Origin: Candidatus Dojkabacteria bacterium
Lineage (GTDB): Bacteria > Patescibacteriota > Dojkabacteria > SC72
Length of the DNA stretch: 64,000 nucleotides
Assembly: GCA_016182915.1 (NCBI GenBank)
Contig: JACPFP010000003.1
Location: forward strand, 251,685-315,684
Direction: 5' to 3'
In this document: positions 38,186-48,771 of the stretch, in pieces
How the letters are laid out: the number at the start of each line of letters is the position of its first letter
Numbering within the stretch: position 1 is the first letter of the stretch
Made by a program: the position numbers and the translations under genes
Notes under the pieces: model-generated
The model's database searches: none
What the model was told of the DNA's origin: nothing
What the model saw: the letters and a program-made list of their open reading frames with translations, nothing else

Positions 38186-39950
38186 TCTCATAAAGGAGAT
38201 CACCGTTAGAATTAGACCTCAGCTTTAGTTGTGTAGTTACGTAAACTATTCGCACTTTTGTGCTGAAAGGGATATATAGATATTTAAGAGTGGGGTACTT
38301 ATCTACGATATCATCAAGCAAAATTTCTCTTGAGTATTGTAACGGGCTTAGGTCTATGTAATCCAAGTTTGAGACCCCTCCTTTTCTAAAGAGAACGTCT
38401 TCACTTCCTAAAAAGGTCCAAAGACTATCTAAGTATCCGACATTTAAAATAGCCCCTTTATCGTAAGACGACAGTTTAGCGATTACTTCCAAGTCTGATG
38501 TATCACCAAAAACTCCAAATCCGCTATAGCCAAGATATTTTGAAGACAGGTAAGGATCCACTGTTGTAATTATTTGGTTCGGGTAGTTAAGTCTCCCAAC
38601 CTGTATGAATAGGCATAACAAAACAACAAATGCTGTGATTGCAAATCTTCCAACTTTTATCGATATGAAACCTAATATTGTATATGTCACAATAATAATA
38701 GGAATCGTAGTTATATAGAAATATAGTAGATTACGTGAAAGGGAAATGAAGAGTGCATCATAAGGTGCCACCCCAACAAATATATATGCTATATTTGCTA
38801 AAATATGAAAGTAGACAATTGTAGATTCGAGACTATTTAACTTGATTCTCTTCGTAACTAAATAAAGATAAAAAAGAGAGCTCGTGATTGCGAAGAAAAA
38901 CCCATTCCAGGTAAACATTGGATTCACTATAAACATAGCGATGAAATTTACAAGCAATCCTGTTATCCATATAAGGACTGATATTACTGGCTTACCAATA
39001 AAGTTAAGAATCGTTAATCTTAAATATTTCAAGAAGATTTCCTTGATAATTATGAAAGAGCTGATAAATAAGAGATACCAATGGTAAAATCCTAACCTAC
39101 TGAGAGCAAAATAGAGTGGAATGGAAACTATAAGAGAAACCATTTCAACTATAAACCATTTATTTAAAGATTTCTTTTTTTTCTCGAAAAGTCGATATAG
39201 GGAAGAGAAAGCAATAAGAACAATGAAAGTTATGCTATGACTATATAATGAGCCTACAAGGAGAATGAGATACCAGACTACTTGATCAGTTGGAGAAAGT
39301 TTTTCTTTATACATCAGAAATACGAGGAGAGAAAGGATTAAGACAGTCCCGAGATTATGTGTGATAGCGCCGTTTATTATATTATTATAAAAAGAGGGAT
39401 GTAGAATCAAAATTGAAAGTGCTAAGAGGAGATTTATATTACGAGTTAGTTTGGTGAAGAGTAAAGTGCCCCAGTATACGAATTCCATAACAAAAACGTA
39501 CTGCATTACTAGGAAAGTATCTATTAATCCCAACTTTGTGATGTCGTTAAAAGCGGACATTATTACATGCAAACTTTGAGGGTAAGGCTCCGTTAAATCT
39601 TTTGATGTCACCATAAATAGATGTAGAGCAGAATCTGCTCCTGGCGGAACTGAGTATCTTGTCAGCAATGATATATAAACAATAGCGACAATAATCAAGA
39701 AAAAGTAGGGTAATAAAGAAGTATTCCCTACATTATTGGGAGGCTTTGGTATCTGTAAGCTCCAAGAAAAAATTAGAATGAGTATTGATATCACCAACCA
39801 TATACTAATATCGTAAGAAAAGAGAAAATAGCTTATGGAACCGACTGACAGGAGGACAATCATAGGAGTGAAAAGAAATGTGCCCCGTCTTAATGAGACC
39901 CAAAGCAAGAACATATATATAAAAGTTATGATAATTAATGCAGTTAGCAT
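38169..39950 (-). CDS. hypothetical polytopic membrane protein (>=12 TM); candidate glycan polymerase or ligase
   Basis: 593 aa, almost entirely hydrophobic helices, lying in the glycan locus. Confidence 0.45.
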   Translation of the reverse strand: MLTALIIITFIYMFLLWVSLRRGTFLFTPMIVLLSVGSISYFLFSYDISIWLVISILILIFSWSLQIPKPPNNVGNTSLLPYFFLIIVAIVYISLLTRYSVPPGADSALHLFMVTSKDLTEPYPQSLHVIMSAFNDITKLGLIDTFLVMQYVFVMEFVYWGTLLFTKLTRNINLLLALSILILHPSFYNNIINGAITHNLGTVLILSLLVFLMYKEKLSPTDQVVWYLILLVGSLYSHSITFIVLIAFSSLYRLFEKKKKSLNKWFIVEMVSLIVSIPLYFALSRLGFYHWYLLFISSFIIIKEIFLKYLRLTILNFIGKPVISVLIWITGLLVNFIAMFIVNPMFTWNGFFFAITSSLFYLYLVTKRIKLNSLESTIVYFHILANIAYIFVGVAPYDALFISLSRNLLYFYITTIPIIIVTYTILGFISIKVGRFAITAFVVLLCLFIQVGRLNYPNQIITTVDPYLSSKYLGYSGFGVFGDTSDLEVIAKLSSYDKGAILNVGYLDSLWTFLGSEDVLFRKGGVSNLDYIDLSPLQYSREILLDDIVDKYPTLKYLYIPFSTKVRIVYVTTQLKLRSNSNGDLLYEIISPK

Positions 39951-39951
39951 A

Positions 39952-42405
39952 TTAATTCGACTTTATTACTAGATTATTTAGGTGAATACCCTCTCTTCCA
40001 TACGATTTTATTTGAATATCCAGCTTCTGACCAGGTACTAACGTAAGAGATTTACGGCTTCCATTAAAATATACTTTACTACACAGTTCTGAAGGTGATG
40101 TAAGCTTTGGTTTAATATACTGGAAAGTTCCGGCATCGGTAGAATAGAAAGTATTAGCATCTTTCATACTTGAATTACTACGGATACTAACTCCAGCAAT
40201 GTTGCTACCCACCAATGGTTGGCTCTCAATTTTTCTACCACCCTCATATAAAGTGAGCCCATCAATGTTTTGGAAGTAAATCTTTATATCCTTCGGTAGA
40301 ATTGTCTCTCCCCTAAGACCTCTTAAAATCACTATGCCAGATGAAACTTCTAAAGAGTCTATACTAACAGAGCCTTTTACTCCCTTCAAAGAAATATTCC
40401 CTCCTAAGTAGTTTTCAAGGTCGTAGAAAGCTCCCTGGAAAATCACGAGATAGTATAACCCCGATGAATCTACCCTACCCTCCAGGGTGAGATCGTTGTT
40501 CTTAACACTCACTTCATAGTCTTGACTAGAATCCCATATAGTTTTATAGGACACAATGTCTCCTTCATATGAGTACAGAGCAACAGTGAGATCCCCACGA
40601 TTGAAGTAACGGTTTGTATCAGTAGAAGATATTTTCACACGGTAGTCATCTTTAAGATACACATAACCTTCTATTCCTCCAAAGTTTCCAAAGAATTTTA
40701 GATTAGTCGGCACACCTAAAGAATTCGGCACTTCAGATGAAATATAGTCTGGAATGACTCCAGAAGCTTTTCGTAAAATCGGATTTATAAAACTAGAAAG
40801 ATTTTCTCCGTAGCAAATGTCTCCCTCAGGGTTAAGCCCTGTATAACTTGCAATCCCGTTATCATAAAATTCCGGAGTTCCTTTTAGATAAGGGGAATAT
40901 AATAGGCCAGGCAGTGTCATCCCGCTAGTAGAAAATTTATAATACACACTAGAATTGATATTTTCATGATCAGAACTTAACGAGGCCTTATCAATCTTGT
41001 AATATTTATCAGCGACCCCTGTAAAATCCCTTCTATTATGAAATACCGTATCTCCAAGATATCTATCTAATTTCATAGTATGAGCAGGATAAATCAAGAA
41101 TGCAAAATCGGATGTTACCATAATAGTCACGATTATTAATGCGGCAACTGAGTATTTTACTAGTGGAGTTAAGTGATTAAAAATGCGAGAAAGGCTTTTG
41201 GCATATCTGATGTAAAGCAAGTACAGCGAGGGTAAAAGAATTGTAGTTAAGACATAGGTAAGGATTATGCTGTAATAAGGAAGGGACTCTAAGAACTGCG
41301 GAAGGAGATACTTATACTCTTCGATAATTTTGAAGAAATCAACAGTGATAGACCCAATCGCAAAATCAGGAAAAAGAAGGGAAAGAATGTAAATGAGTGC
41401 AAAAAGCAGAAAGATAACGGAGTTGGCAGCAAGAAAGAAAATAACGAATCGGTTAAAGGCATTCTTAAGATGAAACCTTTTAGGAATTAATGCATAGATA
41501 AAGGAGAAGGTAATTATCAACCCCGCAATAATAGGTAAAATAGTATCCCATCCAATTGCTTTTGAGTCTGAGAGGAGAGCGATTTTAAGATTTAAGAATT
41601 TTTCTAAAATATCGGAGTCAAGATTGAGAACTGACCTTGAGACCGCAATTACCCTCCCCTTACCTGTTGGTATCTCACAAAGATATGTCCATTCAGCAAT
41701 TGCAAACTCAAGCCCATTGGGACAGTTTAGCGAGATTAAATCCCCTAGTCGCTTAAAACCAAGATCGACAAATGGGTTACCTATTTCATCTGAGATGCTA
41801 TCCGTGTATTTTATTTTTTTATGAGAAATTCCAGCCGATTTATAAGCAGTATCTGAGTAGATAAAGACATTTCCCCCTTTTATTGCAAAGGATTTTGCAA
41901 CATCAAAAGAGTCTTCAGATGAGACATACATTACGTTACCTTTATAAGGAAACTGCGACTCAGCAATTTTTATATTTCCAACCTGGGATGTGCTAAAAGA
42001 AGCTGTCACTCTATATCGTCCTGGATTAATCTTCCATGAGCTAGTAACGGAGCCTATGTACTCAACTTTTTCACCACTCTTTAGATTCTCAAAAATAAAC
42101 ATATCCTCGTCTGAGAGTGGTATATCAGTAATTATCTTTAGGTAGGCCTTTTCCACAACAAGTGAGACAATAACAGTTCCATGGTCATTTGTAAGGTTCG
42201 CCAGAACAGTATCCCCGTCTGTAATAGTGAGGTGCTCAGAACCAAGCAAAGGGTTTAAATATGGAGAAAGGTCATTATATACTGGAAAGATAACAGGGGA
42301 AATCCAGTCAAGATCACGTCCATCCGCAAAAACAGGTGTAAAAGAAATAATGAGAATTGAAAACAGAAATAGTATGTATCGCAATATCTTTAGTATCATT
42401 TTCAC
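39952..42405 (-). CDS. hypothetical large membrane protein: N-terminal exported domain, ~8-TM core, large C-terminal exported domain
   Basis: 817 aa with a signal/TM at the N-terminus. The hydrophobic core spans ~aa 290 to 440. Confidence 0.45.
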   Translation of the reverse strand: MKMILKILRYILFLFSILIISFTPVFADGRDLDWISPVIFPVYNDLSPYLNPLLGSEHLTITDGDTVLANLTNDHGTVIVSLVVEKAYLKIITDIPLSDEDMFIFENLKSGEKVEYIGSVTSSWKINPGRYRVTASFSTSQVGNIKIAESQFPYKGNVMYVSSEDSFDVAKSFAIKGGNVFIYSDTAYKSAGISHKKIKYTDSISDEIGNPFVDLGFKRLGDLISLNCPNGLEFAIAEWTYLCEIPTGKGRVIAVSRSVLNLDSDILEKFLNLKIALLSDSKAIGWDTILPIIAGLIITFSFIYALIPKRFHLKNAFNRFVIFFLAANSVIFLLFALIYILSLLFPDFAIGSITVDFFKIIEEYKYLLPQFLESLPYYSIILTYVLTTILLPSLYLLYIRYAKSLSRIFNHLTPLVKYSVAALIIVTIMVTSDFAFLIYPAHTMKLDRYLGDTVFHNRRDFTGVADKYYKIDKASLSSDHENINSSVYYKFSTSGMTLPGLLYSPYLKGTPEFYDNGIASYTGLNPEGDICYGENLSSFINPILRKASGVIPDYISSEVPNSLGVPTNLKFFGNFGGIEGYVYLKDDYRVKISSTDTNRYFNRGDLTVALYSYEGDIVSYKTIWDSSQDYEVSVKNNDLTLEGRVDSSGLYYLVIFQGAFYDLENYLGGNISLKGVKGSVSIDSLEVSSGIVILRGLRGETILPKDIKIYFQNIDGLTLYEGGRKIESQPLVGSNIAGVSIRSNSSMKDANTFYSTDAGTFQYIKPKLTSPSELCSKVYFNGSRKSLTLVPGQKLDIQIKSYGREGIHLNNLVIKSN

Positions 42406-43574
42406 TTGTATATAGACATTATATTCTGAGTAATGGAGTTCCAGGTATAATCCTTAATCACCATTTCAATAGCATGCTTACCATAAAAGTCTTTTTTTGA
42501 AATAGCTTCTACTATAGATTTTGCTATAGACTTTGGTTCTAGAGAGGTCAACAGCCCTGAGTTATAATTAACTATTTCAGGGAAATTACAACCATAGGAA
42601 AGGACTAGTGCACAACCACTAACAGCAGCTTCAAGAACAACCATTGAAAATCCTTCAGCTTCAGATGGGAGGCAAAAAACGTCTGCGTACTTTAGAAGGT
42701 TAACCTTTGCACTTCCTGAAATTGGGCCAATCAACTTTATATTGTTACTAATTTTAGGCTCTTGAGCAAGTCTTATACATTCACCTAAGTATCCATCATC
42801 TGGGCCAGCAATAATAATATTAATCCCCGGGAATTTATCCACTAGATACTTTGAGGCCTCAATAAGCAAATGAGCTCCTTTTATCTTATGGATACGAGCA
42901 AGAAAAAGAACGGTTGGAGACTCTGGATTAAGATTATAATCAGAAATTACCTTATTTTTATCCCTCAAAGTAAGCTCATGAGACAGGAAATCCTCAGCAT
43001 CAACTCCATTTGGGATAACGGTTATCTTTTCGGATTTGAAACCAAGAGATACAAGATTTTTCTTCTCCACCTGGGTAAGAGCGTGAATGGCTCTAAATGA
43101 AGAGGAAAGAGACCTTATTAGCTTTACCAAGATAGATTTAATCCCCTTTCGATACTTAATCCTATCAAGAAGCAGTGAGCCGTGAGGAGTAATTACGGGT
43201 CTAATACCTTTAAGCTTACAAACTAGCAAAGAGAAGATACTAAAAGGATTAAATACACTGTGCAAATGCACAACATCGTACTTCTTTATTCCGTTAAATA
43301 ACCATATTGCATAACGACAACTCCCAGTATAAAGATTAAACCGATTTGCCAAGTAGTTGCTTAGATTCTTAAAATAGTAGACTGTAATACCTTTTAAATT
43401 AGTAGGAGATGAGGACGGTTTATACCGAGTATTTCTGTTGAACACATCTGTTGTTACAACCGTAACCTCATTCCCCTGCTCCAACTGTTTTTTGGAAATA
43501 CTAGAAACGACAGTTACGACACCTCCATAAGAGAATGCTGGCTCAAAGTATGGGGTAATATGAAGAATTCTCAT
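42402..43574 (-). CDS. glycosyltransferase family 4
   Basis: 390 aa. The segment EAEGFSMVVLEAAVSGCALVLS is present. Confidence 0.8.
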   Translation of the reverse strand: MRILHITPYFEPAFSYGGVVTVVSSISKKQLEQGNEVTVVTTDVFNRNTRYKPSSSPTNLKGITVYYFKNLSNYLANRFNLYTGSCRYAIWLFNGIKKYDVVHLHSVFNPFSIFSLLVCKLKGIRPVITPHGSLLLDRIKYRKGIKSILVKLIRSLSSSFRAIHALTQVEKKNLVSLGFKSEKITVIPNGVDAEDFLSHELTLRDKNKVISDYNLNPESPTVLFLARIHKIKGAHLLIEASKYLVDKFPGINIIIAGPDDGYLGECIRLAQEPKISNNIKLIGPISGSAKVNLLKYADVFCLPSEAEGFSMVVLEAAVSGCALVLSYGCNFPEIVNYNSGLLTSLEPKSIAKSIVEAISKKDFYGKHAIEMVIKDYTWNSITQNIMSIYK

Positions 43575-44377
43575 TATCGCTTTACTATTTTAAGCAGGTA
43601 ATTCCCAAAAACCTTTTTATAATCCTGAAACCGACTCTTTATTAGTAACAGGGGATTAGAAGTATATTTCTTTGTTATAGAGAAGTGTTCATTAATATGT
43701 GAAAATGCCCCAGATCCAGTCTTTGATTCATCATAAAATCTAAAATCAGATAAATAATCCTCAATTAAACCAAGTGGGTACTTAACACCTATCCTACACC
43801 AAAAATCGTAATCAAACGAATAATTTAGACCCGTATTAAAATACCCGATTTCGTCATGTAATGACTTTCTCCAAAAGGTAGAGGGTTGAGATATAAAGTT
43901 ATTTTCAGTTAAAAGTTTTGTATAAGTATAAGACAAAAGTCTTTTGTTTTTATACTTCGTGATAAACTCTCTTGAAAGATCAATATTTCCCTCTCTATCC
44001 ACAATATTGCAAAATCCAGTTAACCATTTATATTCGGGGTTTCCAATAAAAAAGCAAGCTACTTTATCAAGAGCCCCTTGTGTATACCTGTCATCAGCGT
44101 TAAGAAAAGCCACTACATCTCCTGACGCAAGTTTAAGTCCCTTATTAATAGCATCAGCTTGACCGCTATCTTTTTCACTAACAAGGACTATTTTATCTGA
44201 ATACCTTTCTAAAATCTCAAGGGTACCATCTGTAGATTTAGCATCCATTACAATATACTCAAGGACAAAATCCCCATTTTGTGAGAGAACGCTTTTAACG
44301 GTATCCTCTATAAAAGGGACCATATTATAAACAGGAGTTATTATCGAGATTTTCAGCTTACTTTTTAGATTTCCCAT
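43574..44377 (-). CDS. glycosyltransferase family 2
   Basis: 267 aa. The GT-A N-terminus reads ISIITPVYNMVPFIEDTVKSVLSQ...DAKSTDGT, followed by a DxD region. Confidence 0.8.
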   Translation of the reverse strand: MGNLKSKLKISIITPVYNMVPFIEDTVKSVLSQNGDFVLEYIVMDAKSTDGTLEILERYSDKIVLVSEKDSGQADAINKGLKLASGDVVAFLNADDRYTQGALDKVACFFIGNPEYKWLTGFCNIVDREGNIDLSREFITKYKNKRLLSYTYTKLLTENNFISQPSTFWRKSLHDEIGYFNTGLNYSFDYDFWCRIGVKYPLGLIEDYLSDFRFYDESKTGSGAFSHINEHFSITKKYTSNPLLLIKSRFQDYKKVFGNYLLKIVKR

Positions 44378-45332
44378 ACTTAAGACTTTTTATTTCATAT
44401 AGAATTTTTTCCTGATTATGGAGTAGTCGATCCTGCATATCAGCAAGAAACCCTAAAAGCCAAATAACAAAGGATACAGACAGAATATATATGGAAGCGA
44501 AACCTAGATATTTATACGGGGTAAAAGAGCCTGTTCGAATCCAATGAATAAGTACAAATATGGCGGCAACAAAACCAGTCACAAAAGGGACAAGCCCTAG
44601 AAGGCCAAAGAACTTAAGGGGGGCATAATCTCTAAAGGAACTCATTATTGAAATTCCTGATTGTAAAATGTACTGCAAAATACTCACTACAACCCTCGAC
44701 TTCCTCCCTTTGAAATACTTAACCTCTACGGGAACGAATTCTATATTCATTTTTTTAGAAGCAAGAACCAGGAAGGACTCTTGAGTGTATGTAAACTTCC
44801 CATTTATATTCAAGTTCAATAAAGCCTCTTTTGAGTATGCCCTAAACCCACAGGTCACGTCTGGATACTTTTCTCCTGTAATCGTACTAACCAACCAAGC
44901 CCCCACTCGATTACCAAAATATTTAGCAACAGGCATATTATCTGGTTTAACTGTTTTTCCGGTCTCAGGATTCTCGAACCTATTAGCAGAAACAAAATCT
45001 GCTCGACCAGAGACGATAGGTTCAACCATTGTAGGAATGAATTCTGGAGAGAACTGCAGATCCGCATCTATACTAACAGCAATATCGGCTCCCATATCCA
45101 ATACGGTCTCTATCCCTTTCATATGCGTATATGCCACTTTTTTCTTCCTCTTGTTTTCGATTACTTTTACGCCAAGGTTTCTAGCAATAGCAACCGACTT
45201 ATCAGTACTACCATCATCAACCATCAACAGTTCAATACTATCAATTCCCTCAATCTTCTTTGGCATCCTTTTGAAAAGCTCACTTAAAGTGGCTTCCTCG
45301 TTTTGACAGGGGGTAAAAATTACAAGCTTCAT
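44358..45332 (-). CDS. GT2 polyprenol-phosphate glycosyltransferase (DPM1/GtrB/ArnC-like) with C-terminal TM helices
   Basis: 324 aa. The N-terminal GT-A domain reads LVIFTPCQNEEATL...MVDDGSTDKS. Two C-terminal TM helices match the architecture of lipid-phosphate sugar synthases. Confidence 0.75.
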   Translation of the reverse strand: MKLVIFTPCQNEEATLSELFKRMPKKIEGIDSIELLMVDDGSTDKSVAIARNLGVKVIENKRKKKVAYTHMKGIETVLDMGADIAVSIDADLQFSPEFIPTMVEPIVSGRADFVSANRFENPETGKTVKPDNMPVAKYFGNRVGAWLVSTITGEKYPDVTCGFRAYSKEALLNLNINGKFTYTQESFLVLASKKMNIEFVPVEVKYFKGRKSRVVVSILQYILQSGISIMSSFRDYAPLKFFGLLGLVPFVTGFVAAIFVLIHWIRTGSFTPYKYLGFASIYILSVSFVIWLLGFLADMQDRLLHNQEKILYEIKSLKYGKSKK

Positions 45333-45382
45333 TTAAGGTAAATATTCAGATTATCAATACAGAATATATCATTAAAAAAGGC

Positions 45383-47440
45383 CTAATTAAAGTCCGAGAC
45401 CCTATATAAAAACAACAACTTTTCACCTTTTACATACTGGAGAGGGATAATACCTTCACAGTAGTTACCTAATAAGCCTACTGGGCAAAGTGGAATTGAC
45501 CTGTAATCATAACTATATTTCACAGAAAAATTAGGAATACTCCTCTGCGTAGACATAAAATGCGTTCTATATTTAATTGTATAAACATAACTAATACGAT
45601 TACTTGAAGAAGCCACTTTGTAAGAAGTAAGGAGATAGTACTTATCTATTGAAGATATCTTTCCAAACTCTTCAATATCTCTTAAATTCTCGATAACAAC
45701 GATTTGACCATTATAGAAATATTTCAAAGGAGTCAGCAGAAAACTGTTCGGCCATGAAGGATCCTGTAAATAGAATACTACGGTCTTGGAGTCTATGATG
45801 TTACTAATCGTTTTAAAGGAAGTATCATCAGCTCCATAAGTCTTACCTATTTGCGGGAAAGAAAAAATGAGACTATATACAACCCATAAAGCTATGACAA
45901 GATACCCCAAGATTCTTCTTAATCCAAAAGATGATATCATCTGTGAAATACCAAAGGAGGCAAGAATAATTCCATATGGAATTAACTCAGATACTTGATA
46001 CCGAACAAAATAATAGTGGTGTGGGATAAACTTTAATATAATAATTGAATGCGATAGGAATACTAGAAACAGAACATTAATATATACTAGGAACGGTTTA
46101 CCTAAATATCCTTTGTTCAAAATAAAGTATAAATATCCGATAACTCCTAACGGAGAGACATAAAGGACTAGAGAAAAGAGCGACAGATCCTTTATTGCAG
46201 AAAATCCAGACTCAACTATTTTCCAGAAAGTATCATAAATACTTCCAGAAAAAACATTAGTAAAGCCAAATAAGTACACTAGGATCATCGAGTATATAAC
46301 TAAGCAAGTCAGTATAAATACAGTAAATAGATCTTGTCGTATAAATAGACTTTTTATAATCGAGATATATTTTGGATTCCCTCTTAATGTTCTTTCTCCC
46401 AAGTATATTCCTAGTATGACAAATCCAAAGCATATGATTAGAACCAAATTTAGGATAGAAGTTGACATGAAAAACGACGTTAATAGAGTCGGAATATTTG
46501 TTAGATAGAATAATAACGAAGTAATCCAGAGTGCAGAAAGTCCGAGAAAGAACTTCTGGAAAGCAACTCTATTTATATCTCTATTTTGCATCAAGGAAAG
46601 GTACATAAAAGCGAAAACTGGCATCATAATTACTGAAGTTATTCTGGTGAAAAACGATAGCCCAAACAGTAATACAGATATTAGAAGGGATAAAGACACC
46701 CTATTAGGCCGAACCACGGTTGCTTTATACAAGTAGTAAAATCCTCCTGAAGTAAGGAATAGCATCAATATTTCTGTTACCGGGAAGTTTGAGAAGAATA
46801 TATGCGCAGGATTGATTGCTAGCAAAAGAGCAGATAGATTACCAACAACCCGACTCTTTGTGACACCTCTCGCGAGGAGATAGATATTGAGAATTGATAG
46901 AATAGAGACAAGTGTTAGATATTGAGCCCTATTTCCATCTCCAGCTAAAAAGCCTGTTAATGACATCCATAGAGGATGTAGTGGGTAAAATGAGAATTGA
47001 TAATCGAATTCAGAGTTATCACTACTTTTTAGGGCCGTAACTTTATTGAGGTCGTTCCTTTTGTATAGTTCCTTTTGGTTAGAATTTAACTTATCTAAAA
47101 GAGAGTCCTTTATATATAAACTTTTATTCACCTCATACTGTTTTGACATTGATACATATACCCCCTGATCCTGTCCTCCTTCTAAATACAAGCTAGGAGA
47201 CAACCTGAACCCAGTAGCCAGAATTAGTATGGAAACGAGAATAAAATCTACCTTTATCTTTAAAGGTGAAATCTTAACTTTAGTTAGGATAAGAACAAAA
47301 ATAATACATAGGGAAATTAAAAGCGTAGTACCAGGGGAATATTGCCTCACAGAAAGGAGAATCATTCCGACAACACTAATAACTACAAATGAAAGGAGAA
47401 AGAATTCGTATAGATTAATTGGATACTTTTTGTTTATCAT
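45383..47440 (-). CDS. large polytopic membrane protein; putative GT-C-type glycosyltransferase that uses the lipid-linked sugar
   Basis: 685 aa with >=12 TM helices, immediately upstream of and co-oriented with the GtrB-like GT2. Confidence 0.45.
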   Translation of the reverse strand: MINKKYPINLYEFFLLSFVVISVVGMILLSVRQYSPGTTLLISLCIIFVLILTKVKISPLKIKVDFILVSILILATGFRLSPSLYLEGGQDQGVYVSMSKQYEVNKSLYIKDSLLDKLNSNQKELYKRNDLNKVTALKSSDNSEFDYQFSFYPLHPLWMSLTGFLAGDGNRAQYLTLVSILSILNIYLLARGVTKSRVVGNLSALLLAINPAHIFFSNFPVTEILMLFLTSGGFYYLYKATVVRPNRVSLSLLISVLLFGLSFFTRITSVIMMPVFAFMYLSLMQNRDINRVAFQKFFLGLSALWITSLLFYLTNIPTLLTSFFMSTSILNLVLIICFGFVILGIYLGERTLRGNPKYISIIKSLFIRQDLFTVFILTCLVIYSMILVYLFGFTNVFSGSIYDTFWKIVESGFSAIKDLSLFSLVLYVSPLGVIGYLYFILNKGYLGKPFLVYINVLFLVFLSHSIIILKFIPHHYYFVRYQVSELIPYGIILASFGISQMISSFGLRRILGYLVIALWVVYSLIFSFPQIGKTYGADDTSFKTISNIIDSKTVVFYLQDPSWPNSFLLTPLKYFYNGQIVVIENLRDIEEFGKISSIDKYYLLTSYKVASSSNRISYVYTIKYRTHFMSTQRSIPNFSVKYSYDYRSIPLCPVGLLGNYCEGIIPLQYVKGEKLLFLYRVSDFN

Positions 47441-47873
47441 CAGAAGTATTATAACTTCCCTTCACCTGTCTGTACAATCTCCAACTGTAATATGCCAACG
47501 CAACCATCACAACAACAGACCCCCAACACCATACGCAGAAAGCTCCAATCTTAAAGTATTCTACATACCTAAGATATACTGTATATGAAATACCAAAGAT
47601 AACGCCTAAGAAATACAGGTTAAACAACCCCTTACTCTCCTTCTTAAACAACATCATGGCCATTACAAACATTCCAAAATAGTAGAGGAGACCCCAAAGA
47701 GCTACAGGGATCCCGAGCATATAGGAGTATGGACTTGCATCAACAATATCGCAACCCGAGTTAGGACAGATTACAGATACATTCAGAGCCTTAGAAACAT
47801 ATAAATAGCCAGATAATAATACCCCTACACTAAGCAGGAGTATTATTATTTTTAGAAGCTTACTTCTACTCAT
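47415..47873 (-). CDS. vitamin K epoxide reductase (VKOR) family protein
   Basis: 152 aa with 4 to 5 TM helices. A loop Cys pair (CPNSGC) and the active-site CxxC sit at a TM border (FCVWCW). Confidence 0.75.
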   Translation of the reverse strand: MSRSKLLKIIILLLSVGVLLSGYLYVSKALNVSVICPNSGCDIVDASPYSYMLGIPVALWGLLYYFGMFVMAMMLFKKESKGLFNLYFLGVIFGISYTVYLRYVEYFKIGAFCVWCWGSVVVMVALAYYSWRLYRQVKGSYNTSDDKQKVSN

Positions 47874-47875
47874 TT

Positions 47876-48712
47876 CTATTTAAGAAGTTTATCCAAAACA
47901 TTTTGGAAATCTGCATATGGATATGCACCTGCAAGAAGTGTTCCTTCAGTTACATTACCCTTACTGTCTAATTTCCCTATAATGAATCCTGGAGTTCCAG
48001 TTACACCTGCAGCGCTACCATCTGTGATATCTGCTTTAATTTCATCTGCAAATTTCTTAGAACTGTAACATGACTTATACTTACTTACATCAGCACCGGC
48101 CTGTTTTGCATAACTTTCCATAGTTGCATCTCCACCAGGTACTCCTTCACCATTAGCAACTGTATTTGTGAAATATAGATCGTGGAATTTGAAGTATGCT
48201 TCGTTACCCTTCTGTTCAAATACACACTGAGCTGCTAAAGCTGCATTAGTTGCCTTAGGATCATGGAAGCTGAGTGGGAAGTCTCTGAATACGAGGATTG
48301 CCTTTCCAGTATCAACATAGTTCTTAACTAAATCTGCATGTGTTTCTGTGAAGTGTCTCTGACAGAATGGACACTCATAATCACTGAACTCAACAATTGC
48401 AACTTTCGCCTTCTTCTTATCTCCTAGGTATGGGTCATCATCAATTGTTATTTTTGCAGTCCCATCTCCGGTTGTTCCAGTATCGTTTCCAGTGTCGGAA
48501 CCTGTATTTGTATCCGTTCCTGTATCTTTTCCGTCATTATTTATACTTGTACCTTTGAGGGTGAAGATAATAGCAAGAGCTATCATCAATCCTGCAATCA
48601 AGATTGAAAAAGGAATAAGGAGCTTATCCATATCAAGAACCATTACGTTCTCTTTCTTCACAGGAGCAGAAACTGCTTCAGGTTTACTAACTTTCTTAGT
48701 GGTCTTAGCCAT
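47876..48712 (-). CDS. DsbA-like thioredoxin-fold thiol:disulfide oxidoreductase, membrane-anchored, with a Thr/Gly/Asp-rich linker
   Basis: 278 aa with an N-terminal TM, the low-complexity linker DTGTDTNTGSDTGNDTGTTGDGT, and the active site CPFCQRHF. Confidence 0.8.
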   Translation of the reverse strand: MAKTTKKVSKPEAVSAPVKKENVMVLDMDKLLIPFSILIAGLMIALAIIFTLKGTSINNDGKDTGTDTNTGSDTGNDTGTTGDGTAKITIDDDPYLGDKKKAKVAIVEFSDYECPFCQRHFTETHADLVKNYVDTGKAILVFRDFPLSFHDPKATNAALAAQCVFEQKGNEAYFKFHDLYFTNTVANGEGVPGGDATMESYAKQAGADVSKYKSCYSSKKFADEIKADITDGSAAGVTGTPGFIIGKLDSKGNVTEGTLLAGAYPYADFQNVLDKLLK

Positions 48713-48771
48713 TATTTACGTATTTAAGAAATTAAATGTACACACTAGGTTATCGAATACCTTCAATTATG

